From: a virus
Lineage: Duplodnaviria > Caudoviricetes
DNA: 64,000 nt
IMG/VR virus record: IMGVR_UViG_3300023055_000005
Strand: one strand, 5' to 3'
In this document: positions 18,544 to 25,987 of the stretch, piece after piece
Position numbering within the stretch: position 1 is the stretch's first letter
Layout: every line of letters begins with the position of its first letter
Position numbers and translations under genes: made by a program
The notes under the pieces: model-generated
Databases searched by the model: none
What the model was told of the DNA's origin: nothing
Seen by the model: only the letters and a program-made list of their open reading frames with translations

Positions 18544-18960
18544 ATGAAGAACCCGCTCAATGTCGTCGCCGCTTACAACGAAGCCAACCTGGTCAGCTTC
18601 CACAAGACCGGCCTGCGCAACATCGCAACCGAACGTTCCGAGACGCTGGTAACCCTCGGCAATGCCCTGACCGAGATCATGGGCAACCCGAACGAGATCC
18701 GCAAAGCCTACGAACCCGCTGAAGGCGTGGTGCGCTTCTCCGTCCGCGTCAAGTACTGGGACAAGTTCGTCACCGGCATGATGCGTCCGGCCCTCGACGA
18801 CGCTGGCCTGAACGGCACCGAGATCACCTGCAACACCGACGTCGAAGTCATCGGTTACGATTTCGCCGACGTCCTCATGGTCACCTTCACCGTACCGCTG
18901 GTCGACCCGGCCATCCTGGAAGCGGCCGCTCTGTCCGAGCTGGAACCGGCGGGGGAGTAA
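18544..18960 (+). CDS. Hypothetical protein
   Basis: AAGGAGTTTCACCATG initiation region. Confidence 0.8.
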   Translation: MKNPLNVVAAYNEANLVSFHKTGLRNIATERSETLVTLGNALTEIMGNPNEIRKAYEPAEGVVRFSVRVKYWDKFVTGMMRPALDDAGLNGTEITCNTDVEVIGYDFADVLMVTFTVPLVDPAILEAAALSELEPAGE

Positions 18961-19023
18961 TCCCCCGTAACACCCCCCTCCCCCAAGTCATCCACCATCC
19001 CTTAGTCTTTGGAGTACCTAGTC

Positions 19024-19143
19024 ATGATCAAGAACATTCTCGCAGTCGTCGGTGCCGCTGTCGTCCTGAAGCACGCTGTCAAGATCGGTGTCAAGTTGTC
19101 CAAGGACTACGCCGAGCTGGAAGGCTACCGTCGCGTCAAGTAA
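19024..19143 (+). CDS. 39-aa hydrophobic microprotein, not in ORF track
   Basis: GGAG Shine-Dalgarno; MIKNILAVVGAAVVLKHAVKIGVKLSKDYAELEGYRRVK. Confidence 0.6.
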   Translation: MIKNILAVVGAAVVLKHAVKIGVKLSKDYAELEGYRRVK

Positions 19144-19183
19144 GTCTGCAGTACAACTCCCTCCGCTACCAAAGGTAATCGCA

Positions 19184-19393
19184 ATGTCCATGTTCTCCCG
19201 CAATGACCTGATCGCACTGGGCGCCACTGCTGTTGTCGCCATCGGTGTCACCTACGTCAACCACCGCATCTCCAAGAACGTGATCGCCGCACTGACCTCT
19301 CCGGAGTCGCGTGCCAAGATCGCCGGTGCCAAGAACAAGCCGGCTCCCAAGAAGAAGCTGAAGAAGGTTGCCACCCGCGCCGCCGCTGCTTGA
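19184..19393 (+). CDS. Small single-pass membrane protein with Lys-rich tail
   Basis: AAAGG Shine-Dalgarno; LIALGATAVVAIGVTYV then KNKPAPKKKLKKVATRAAAA. Confidence 0.75.
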   Translation: MSMFSRNDLIALGATAVVAIGVTYVNHRISKNVIAALTSPESRAKIAGAKNKPAPKKKLKKVATRAAAA

Positions 19394-19397
19394 AGTC

Positions 19398-19436
19398 GAT
19401 TCAAACAAACTTGAGTTCTATATAACTCAGGTGAAG
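19398..19436 (+). promoter_or_regulatory. Phage early-type promoter
   Basis: GATTCAAACAAACTTGAGTTCTATATAACTCAGGTGAAG; last 19 nt identical to the copy at 16482-16500. Confidence 0.75.
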
Positions 19437-19497
19437 TAGTACCCGCAATACCTGCAACACCCACCCTTATTTCCAAAACAAGCAAAGGAGTTTCACC

Positions 19498-19947
19498 ATG
19501 TCCGCAGTCCTCAAGAATTCCGCCACCACCGTCATCACCGCTGAAGTGCTGCGCCAGATCGCAGCCAAGCTGCCGCAGATCGAATACAACCCCGATTGGG
19601 CCAACGGCACCGGTTACTTCAACGGCGCCTGTGAGTTCAAGCTGGAGCACACCGCCGCCTTCACCGATGACATCGGCCGTGTCGGCATCATCCACCCGGT
19701 TGACCTGCCGCAGGGCCGTACCGGCAACATCGTCCTGTTCCAGCGTGACAGCAGCAGCCGTGTCTGCGCCAACGTCCCGCTGGGCTACAACAACGATGAC
19801 GAAGAAAACGCCAACATCGGCAAGACCTACCAGGGCAAGATGGTCACCAACGGCTTCACCCTCAGCGCCCATGGTCGCTGGTACGACTACGAAGATCTGT
19901 CCAACCGCATGATCTTCGACCTGGACACCCTGCTCGCCCTCGCATAA
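19498..19947 (+). CDS. Hypothetical early protein
   Basis: AAGGAGTTTCACCATG; extreme codon bias. N-terminal YNPDWANGTGYFNGA looks like a recurring phage motif but is not assigned. Confidence 0.85.
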   Translation: MSAVLKNSATTVITAEVLRQIAAKLPQIEYNPDWANGTGYFNGACEFKLEHTAAFTDDIGRVGIIHPVDLPQGRTGNIVLFQRDSSSRVCANVPLGYNNDDEENANIGKTYQGKMVTNGFTLSAHGRWYDYEDLSNRMIFDLDTLLALA

Positions 19948-19975
19948 ACCAACCCAAGTAAAAGGATTCCCGCTC

Positions 19976-20158
19976 ATGTCCCTGGACGAACGCATTGAAC
20001 GTAGTCGTCGCGAACTCCTGGCCCACATTGGCGGGAAGTCCGATTACCAGATCCGCGACGAAGCACGCCGCTTCAACGCAGCACATCAGTACAAGAACAA
20101 CAACTCCTCCGCACAGGTCAAGCGCCTGTGCAACTCCTCCTACAAGTTCGACGCCTAA
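19976..20158 (+). CDS. Small hypothetical protein
   Basis: AAGGA Shine-Dalgarno; 60 aa. Confidence 0.65.
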   Translation: MSLDERIERSRRELLAHIGGKSDYQIRDEARRFNAAHQYKNNNSSAQVKRLCNSSYKFDA

Positions 20159-20173
20159 GAAAGGAATCTCCAA

Positions 20174-20455
20174 ATGTTCATGCACTCCTCCGAACGTACC
20201 GCCCTGTTCGCAACCGCCGCCATCGCTGCAGTCATCGTCGGCGCCGCCGTTGTCCACCAGCGCAAGCAGAAGAAGGCGATGACCGAGTTCGAAGAATCCA
20301 TCGCCAACCTCGGCAAGATCAACCTGAGCCCGGCTGCCACCTTCGCCGCTCACGGCGGCGTGGTTGAACTGTCCAAGTTCCGCGCAGCCAAGGGCAAGAA
20401 GGCCGCAGCCAAGAAGACCCCCACCAAGAAGCCGGCCGTTCGTAAGGTCCGCTAA
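20174..20455 (+). CDS. Single-pass membrane protein with histone-H1-like Lys/Ala tail
   Basis: LFATAAIAAVIVGAAVV, then KGKKAAAKKTPTKKPAVRKVR. Confidence 0.8.
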   Translation: MFMHSSERTALFATAAIAAVIVGAAVVHQRKQKKAMTEFEESIANLGKINLSPAATFAAHGGVVELSKFRAAKGKKAAAKKTPTKKPAVRKVR

Positions 20456-20456
20456 C

Positions 20457-20552
20457 ATGGGCAGCCTGATCTGGCGCGTCTCCTCCCGCGCTGTCGTGGC
20501 TGCGGGCATCATCTACCTCCTCAACTTCCACCCGATGAACAAGTACGAATAA
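20457..20552 (+). CDS. 31-aa hydrophobic microprotein
   Basis: ATG 1 nt after the upstream stop; MGSLIWRVSSRAVVAAGIIYLLNFHPMNKYE. Confidence 0.45.
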   Translation: MGSLIWRVSSRAVVAAGIIYLLNFHPMNKYE

Positions 20553-20601
20553 TCGTACCTCATCAATCCCTTCTCGCAATACCAATCCAAGGAGTTTCAC
20601 C

Positions 20602-21039
20602 ATGACTTTCGCAAACATCGTCTTCGTCGCCATGACCGTCGCCTGCCTGTTCGGTGCATACCAGCTGTACTGCATGCACACCGGCAAGCTGACCAAGCGC
20701 ATCCTGCGCAACGTACACCGCCTGACCGATTCCCTGTTGGCCATGAACCGCCGCACCAGTTCCGAGCGTCAGGACTGGGTGGGTCAGATGAACCTGTGGT
20801 ACGGCGTCATCACCGTGGTCTTCTGCCTGGTGGCCGTGTACTTCGGTGCCATCCACGTCTGCATCCCGCTGATCGCCGCCTTCGGTATCACCCGCGAAAG
20901 CAACGCCATGTACCTGCGACTGGTGGAAGCTGACGTGGCCAACCTCGAAGAGAGCGCCAACACCATCAAGCGTGACATCATGGAAGGTTGCCGTAATCTG
21001 GACCTGAGCAACATCAGCGCCAACGTCGACCGTCTGTAA
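20602..21039 (+). CDS. Multi-pass membrane protein
   Basis: AAGGAGTTTCACCATG; 2-3 hydrophobic segments. Confidence 0.8.
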   Translation: MTFANIVFVAMTVACLFGAYQLYCMHTGKLTKRILRNVHRLTDSLLAMNRRTSSERQDWVGQMNLWYGVITVVFCLVAVYFGAIHVCIPLIAAFGITRESNAMYLRLVEADVANLEESANTIKRDIMEGCRNLDLSNISANVDRL

Positions 21040-21040
21040 G

Positions 21041-21098
21041 CGGCATAGCTGGGCTCCCCGCGAGGGGAGCCCAGTATCCAGTCCTCTTTTTTTTTGCT
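21041..21098. terminator. Bidirectional terminator between convergent genes
   Basis: GGCATAG-CTGGGCTCCCC-GCGA-GGGGAGCCCAG-TATCC, then a T9 tract. Confidence 0.8.
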
Positions 21099-22844
21099 TT
21101 ACGCGTGCTCTGCCTGACGCGCACGTTCACCGATGCGGTGGATGTTGTCCAACACGTCCGGGTTCTGAACCAGTCCGCGGTCACGACGGAAGTTCTGCAG
21201 GAGCGTATCCATGCTCGGGGCGTTGTACAGGGTACGCACGATCTCCACGGCATTGGTAGTGCCGCCGGTGATGTTGATGCCCTGTGCACGCTGCACCTCT
21301 TCGGGAATGTCGCGCATCATGCACAGCTCGCGCAACGTGGTTTCCTTGGAGATGTTCATCACCACTTCCAACGTCGGGTAAGTACCAACGGCGTCGCAGT
21401 CTGCCACGTGAGTGAAGATTGCGGTGGGATGGTTCGGCAGCTCTTCGATCAGACAGACACCATCGTCGACCAGGTACGAAGGCAGCGTCACGATCCAGTC
21501 GTTCATACCGAGCACGAACTTGTCGTTCTCATCCACCATGTCACGACCGGTGGAACCCATGATCTTGCCTTCGTTCTGCACGAAGAAATGCAAGTCATCG
21601 CAGGTGCGCTTGGGCTGAGACGGGAACTTGCTGTACTCGGAGTGTTCGACCAGAACCGAGATCACGCGCTTCAGATCGTTGGTCTCATCATCGAGCATCT
21701 CCATACCAACGCAGTCGAACACGTTGTAGATGCAGTACTCGATCGGGTACTTGCTCTGCATGAACTTGTGCCAGTCCAGACCCTTCAAATGGTCAGCGAC
21801 GTCGAAGTTCAGCTTGCGCACACCCAGGTTCTTGTTGAGGATGTGATCCAGTCGGTAACTGGTTTCATTACCCTTGGTGACACGCAGCTTCTTGTAGACG
21901 CACATGGCGTCAAGGAAGACGAAGGCGGACGGACATTCCATCGTGTGCCAACGATCGGCAGGGTGGATGGGTTTCAGTGCGCCAGTTGCGGTCTGCTGCT
22001 TCGAACGTCCTTCCTTGTATCGGACAAAGCGGAATGCCGGCGGAACACTCGGATCGGAGAACACGTCAGCGGAGTTGATGCGTTCACGTTCCAGTGCAGC
22101 CAGGATCTTGGGTAAGTCGAAGTTGATGTTCCAGATCGCGATGATGTCAGGCGAGATCTCGTGAGCACGTTCGAAGATCTTCCTGATCAGCTCACCCGGC
22201 GTCTTACCAAAGTGAACCTGCAAGTTGATCCCTCGTGCCTTCTTGACTTCGCCGAGGTAGGTTTCCATCGCATTGTGCAGAGCCTTCTCAGGCTCAGGGA
22301 TGTGCTTGACGAACGAGTCCTTGACGCAGAGGATGACATCCTGCTTGCAGGCCAAGGTGATCGAGACGATCTCCTCAGTACCATGAACAACGTCCGTTTC
22401 AATGTCGAGCGTGGCCACCAAGTTATCGCTGATGTGCTGCGGGAACTTGTGACGGTAACTGTGCTTCAGCAGAACCGGGGTGGTGATGTCCGAACCGTAG
22501 AGGTACGGAGACATGCCTGCCATCGGCATGCCGCCCTGGATCATGCCGCGGCCGAGCGCCTTGGATACACTGGCCAACAGCTTGTGCTGAGGCGTGGTGT
22601 ACTTCTGCAGCTTGTCAACGTCCTCCCACTCCTTCTTATCGGTGTGGTTGCGGAAGTTCGGCTTGGTGACGTAGAAGTCACGGGGGTAATCCTTGAAGCG
22701 ACGGATGCGGGGGACACAGCGACCATCCTTCAGATAGACCTTCTCCTTCACGACCAAAAGGTCGAAAGGTGCGTCTTTCGGATGGCAGTAAACGGCGTGT
22801 TTACACTCCAATCCGACAATGTCTTCCTGTTTAATTTGGGTCAT
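21099..22844 (-). CDS. Split family-B DNA polymerase, exonuclease-containing subunit (phiKZ gp82-like)
   Basis: ExoI TLDIETD, ExoII IWNINFDLPKI, FLDAMCVY, ExoIII YNVFDC, then a region-A-like DCDAVGTYPT near the C-terminus; no KxxxNSxYG or YGDTD. Confidence 0.85.
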   Translation of the reverse strand: MTQIKQEDIVGLECKHAVYCHPKDAPFDLLVVKEKVYLKDGRCVPRIRRFKDYPRDFYVTKPNFRNHTDKKEWEDVDKLQKYTTPQHKLLASVSKALGRGMIQGGMPMAGMSPYLYGSDITTPVLLKHSYRHKFPQHISDNLVATLDIETDVVHGTEEIVSITLACKQDVILCVKDSFVKHIPEPEKALHNAMETYLGEVKKARGINLQVHFGKTPGELIRKIFERAHEISPDIIAIWNINFDLPKILAALERERINSADVFSDPSVPPAFRFVRYKEGRSKQQTATGALKPIHPADRWHTMECPSAFVFLDAMCVYKKLRVTKGNETSYRLDHILNKNLGVRKLNFDVADHLKGLDWHKFMQSKYPIEYCIYNVFDCVGMEMLDDETNDLKRVISVLVEHSEYSKFPSQPKRTCDDLHFFVQNEGKIMGSTGRDMVDENDKFVLGMNDWIVTLPSYLVDDGVCLIEELPNHPTAIFTHVADCDAVGTYPTLEVVMNISKETTLRELCMMRDIPEEVQRAQGINITGGTTNAVEIVRTLYNAPSMDTLLQNFRRDRGLVQNPDVLDNIHRIGERARQAEHA

Positions 22845-22929
22845 TAAGAGCTCCGCTGAGTACCGCTATTCCTGAGACTATACTATCACTATGAGCAGTA
22901 AATAATCACAGAGATCCAAAGGAACCCCT

Positions 22930-24237
22930 ATGGCCGCCCTCGGCGACTGGTTGCTCAGTCAAGAAGCAATCGATTTCCAGAACAACCCGCGAGCACTCGA
23001 AGCGCTGGCTGAAGCCTTCACCAAAGCGATGGAAGTGCCGGTGCGTGACGGCCGTCAGCTCGATGAAGCTGGACTGGCCAAACTCGTCTTTGACCTGACG
23101 GGAATGAAGGTCCGCTTCTTCGTCTTTGAGAGCCAGAGCATCGACGCTTTCGTTCTCATCCCGGCAATGCGCAACGGCCACTCCTGGTTCCCTTCCCCCA
23201 CCCCGCAGAAGTGGGCTTCATGGGAAGCGCTGAAGAAACTGGAAGAAGTCGGCAACATGATCGAAGGCGAGGTCAATCTCAAAACGGGCCGCGTCTCCGG
23301 CGTGTTCTCCGAGATCGACATCGACGTCTTCTTCGCCACCGGCTGGTTCAAGCTCAACCTCACTCCGATGGAGCGCGTGGCCATCCTCCTGCATGAGCTG
23401 GGTCACCCGTTCACGTACTTGGAGTATCTGAACGAGACCACGCGTACCAACTACGCAATGGCCGCCATCAAGGAAGGGTTCGCCCAGTCCGAAGATCGCA
23501 CCAACCGCTACAAGTTGGTCGCCCAGCTGGAGAAGACCCTCAACGTCACGCTGGCAGATCACAACGGCCTGGTCACCGCTACCGATCCGGGTGTGGTCGA
23601 AGTCATCGTAGTTACCTCCGTGGTTGACCGGGTTCGCTCTGAAATGGGCAACAGCACCTACGACAACTTCGCCATGGAGTCGCTGGCTGATCAGTACGCC
23701 TCCCGCATGGGTGCTGGCGCTGAGCTGGCATCGGCACTGGTCAAGATCAGCAAGGCAGGCTTCGCTCGTTCGACCGCCTCGTCCGCTCTGCTGTTTGGCT
23801 ATGAGTACTTCGCCACGATGTATCAGGTTCTGCCGCGCATGTTGGTTACCATGCTCGCATTCAGCCTCAGCGGCCCTCTGGCAGTAGCCACGGCATTGGG
23901 GTCACTGCTCTACGGCAAGAACGACCTCGGCAAGTACGAAGACCTCCCAGCTCGTCTGGCGGCAATCGAGCGGGACATGATCGGTCGTCTGCGGAAGGGG
24001 AACCTGCCCAAATCCAAGGTCGAGCAGTTGGTTCGCGATCTGCGTGCAACCCGCCAGATCATCGACTCCACCAAGACCGAAGAAACGGTGGTCTCTCGCA
24101 TCGTGACGTTCTTCTCTCTGCGTGCACGTAGTCAGCGCAATGCCGTCTCTGCCCAGCGTGAGCTGGAGAAGCTGGGTCGCTCGCGTCTGTTCGTCACCGC
24201 AGCCGAAATCAATCTCAATCTGAAGGTGAACAACTGA
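22930..24237 (+). CDS. Virion protein with zincin HExxH motif (phiKZ gp83-like position)
   Basis: ILLHELGH plus downstream ESLADQYASRMGAGAELASALVKI (M48/M56-like third ligand), followed by a hydrophobic segment; first gene of the structural cluster. Confidence 0.7.
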   Translation: MAALGDWLLSQEAIDFQNNPRALEALAEAFTKAMEVPVRDGRQLDEAGLAKLVFDLTGMKVRFFVFESQSIDAFVLIPAMRNGHSWFPSPTPQKWASWEALKKLEEVGNMIEGEVNLKTGRVSGVFSEIDIDVFFATGWFKLNLTPMERVAILLHELGHPFTYLEYLNETTRTNYAMAAIKEGFAQSEDRTNRYKLVAQLEKTLNVTLADHNGLVTATDPGVVEVIVVTSVVDRVRSEMGNSTYDNFAMESLADQYASRMGAGAELASALVKISKAGFARSTASSALLFGYEYFATMYQVLPRMLVTMLAFSLSGPLAVATALGSLLYGKNDLGKYEDLPARLAAIERDMIGRLRKGNLPKSKVEQLVRDLRATRQIIDSTKTEETVVSRIVTFFSLRARSQRNAVSAQRELEKLGRSRLFVTAAEINLNLKVNN

Positions 24238-24695
24238 TGGACGGCATTCCTGATTCTGTGACCATGGCGCTGGACTGCGACGGCCTCATGGGCAAGGAGC
24301 GTCTGGAGGTGGTCACCAGTGCACTGGCGCTTGCAATGGCCTACGCACTTCCCCTGCCCTCTGGCGCAGTGGAGAACGTGGAGCTCTACTTCTCGCAGAA
24401 CTTCCGCGAAGAAACCAACCGCATCATCTCCAAGGTCAACGAACGTGAGCCGCTGAACATCCCGGCCATCCAGTCGTTGACGGCGAGTCTGTGGAAGACC
24501 CGCTACCGCATGGTGTTCGAACCCAGCCACCCCTCGGCGATCATCGCCCTGGAACAAGCGCTGGCCTCCGGCACCCTCGGCGAGATCAACTTCGATCTCG
24601 TCTCCTCCCTCCGTGACGAAAAGCGCCAGCGTCAGATTCGCTTCCTGACCCGGCGCTTTGAAGAGCACACCACCAAACAAGGCGAGAAGTTCTGA
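24237..24695 (+). CDS. Putative virion protein
   Basis: Coupled (TGATG) within the structural operon. Confidence 0.75.
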   Translation: MDGIPDSVTMALDCDGLMGKERLEVVTSALALAMAYALPLPSGAVENVELYFSQNFREETNRIISKVNEREPLNIPAIQSLTASLWKTRYRMVFEPSHPSAIIALEQALASGTLGEINFDLVSSLRDEKRQRQIRFLTRRFEEHTTKQGEKF

Positions 24696-25945
24696 TGGAC
24701 GTTACCGATCTCGATGAAACCACCCTGCTTCCGGAAGACTTCGGTAGCGAAGAGCTGTCCAAGATGGAAGACGTGGAGACCTCCATGGAGGCGCTGCTCG
24801 GACACATCGAACGTATCGCTGAAGTCGGCGGTATCTCGATGGAGCAGGCCGAACAGCTGGTGGTCGAACACGCCATCGAACTTGGCCGCATCCCGGTCAA
24901 GAGCTTCACCAAGGAACCTTCCACCACCAACCTGAAGGTGGCGCAGGAAGCAATCACCGTGGGTCAGGCTGTCCTGATCGGCGCTCTGGTCGGCGTGGCA
25001 GCAGCCCTGCTCATCAAGCTGACGGTGTGGATGGTGGAGTACTTCCGCAGCAACCGCACCAAGGAAGCCAAGACCTCCGTGGTGGTCAACAACGTCATGG
25101 CGCTGAACGAAGCCATGGACGAAGTCGAGCCGCTGTTCCAGGGCACCGCATTGCAGGAGATCCGCAAGCGCCTGGGCAACGACCGTGAAATGGTGTCGCA
25201 GCTGCGCGCCATCCATGAAGACCTGCTGACCAGCGGTCCGTTCTCCACGTTCCTGGGCACCTGCTGGGAGAAGCTGGATCAGTGGGAGGAGAAGCTCAGC
25301 GAGAAGATCTCCAACTACATCCGTCTCTCCGGCCAGACCGTGCGCGAAGGCGACCAGCGCTCCAACGACGTGCTGGTGGAAATGCTCGATGAGATCGCAC
25401 GTCCCATTCCGATGTTCTCCTTCCCCAGCGAAGTGACCGCCGGTGTGTTCGTGTCCGAATCCATCCACTCGGACATCCTGCCGGTGGCCAACGCCATCTA
25501 CCAGTCGGTGACCAAGCTGGATCAGCAGCCGGTGGCAGTGGACGATATCGACCGCCTGGTCAAGCGTGTGGTCGATGGTGCCTTCGTGACCCGTTCGGTC
25601 TACGGTCCGATGGAAAGCTCCCTGCGTGGCGCCGTTCGTCTGAACGCAGCCGCCCGGAAGCTCAAGTCCGTGGAGAAGACCACCTCCAACGATCCGCGCG
25701 TGGCCTCCACCTACAGCAAGGCGCTGAAGAACATCACCGAAGAGACCCGTGCTCTGGTGGTCATGTGGAACTCAGTGGAAGTGATGGCAGCGGCCCGTCG
25801 TCGCCTGCTCACGCTTTCGCTGAACCGCATGCTGGCCTTCTTCTCCGAGTTGAACAAGGTGGCCATGGCATCCGAAGACGCTGAACTGCGTGGTCGTATC
25901 GCCAAGATCACCGCCGAACTGAAGCGCCGCATGCGTCGTTTCTGA
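24695..25945 (+). CDS. Putative internal head protein with acidic propeptide
   Basis: Acidic N-terminus with SME, SME and AQE sites, followed by a hydrophobic helix, typical of phiKZ-like head proteins. Confidence 0.7.
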   Translation: MDVTDLDETTLLPEDFGSEELSKMEDVETSMEALLGHIERIAEVGGISMEQAEQLVVEHAIELGRIPVKSFTKEPSTTNLKVAQEAITVGQAVLIGALVGVAAALLIKLTVWMVEYFRSNRTKEAKTSVVVNNVMALNEAMDEVEPLFQGTALQEIRKRLGNDREMVSQLRAIHEDLLTSGPFSTFLGTCWEKLDQWEEKLSEKISNYIRLSGQTVREGDQRSNDVLVEMLDEIARPIPMFSFPSEVTAGVFVSESIHSDILPVANAIYQSVTKLDQQPVAVDDIDRLVKRVVDGAFVTRSVYGPMESSLRGAVRLNAAARKLKSVEKTTSNDPRVASTYSKALKNITEETRALVVMWNSVEVMAAARRRLLTLSLNRMLAFFSELNKVAMASEDAELRGRIAKITAELKRRMRRF

Positions 25946-25948
25946 ACA

Positions 25949-25986
25949 ACATAGAGGGAGGGGCGAAAGCCCCTCCCCTTATGCCT
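25949..25986. terminator. Bidirectional hairpin between convergent genes
   Basis: CATA-GAGGGAGGGGC-GAAA-GCCCCTCCCCT-TATGCC. Confidence 0.75.
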
Positions 25987-25987
25987 T

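Noticed and set aside
16462-20604. Repeated motifs as a CRISPR array
   Set aside because: The repeats are kilobases apart, precede genes, and match promoter and initiation signals rather than regular repeat-spacer units.
2079-22844. Introns, inteins or homing endonucleases in RNAP, helicase or polymerase genes
   Set aside because: The ORFs are continuous and of expected size; no LAGLIDADG, HNH or GIY-YIG ORFs were seen.
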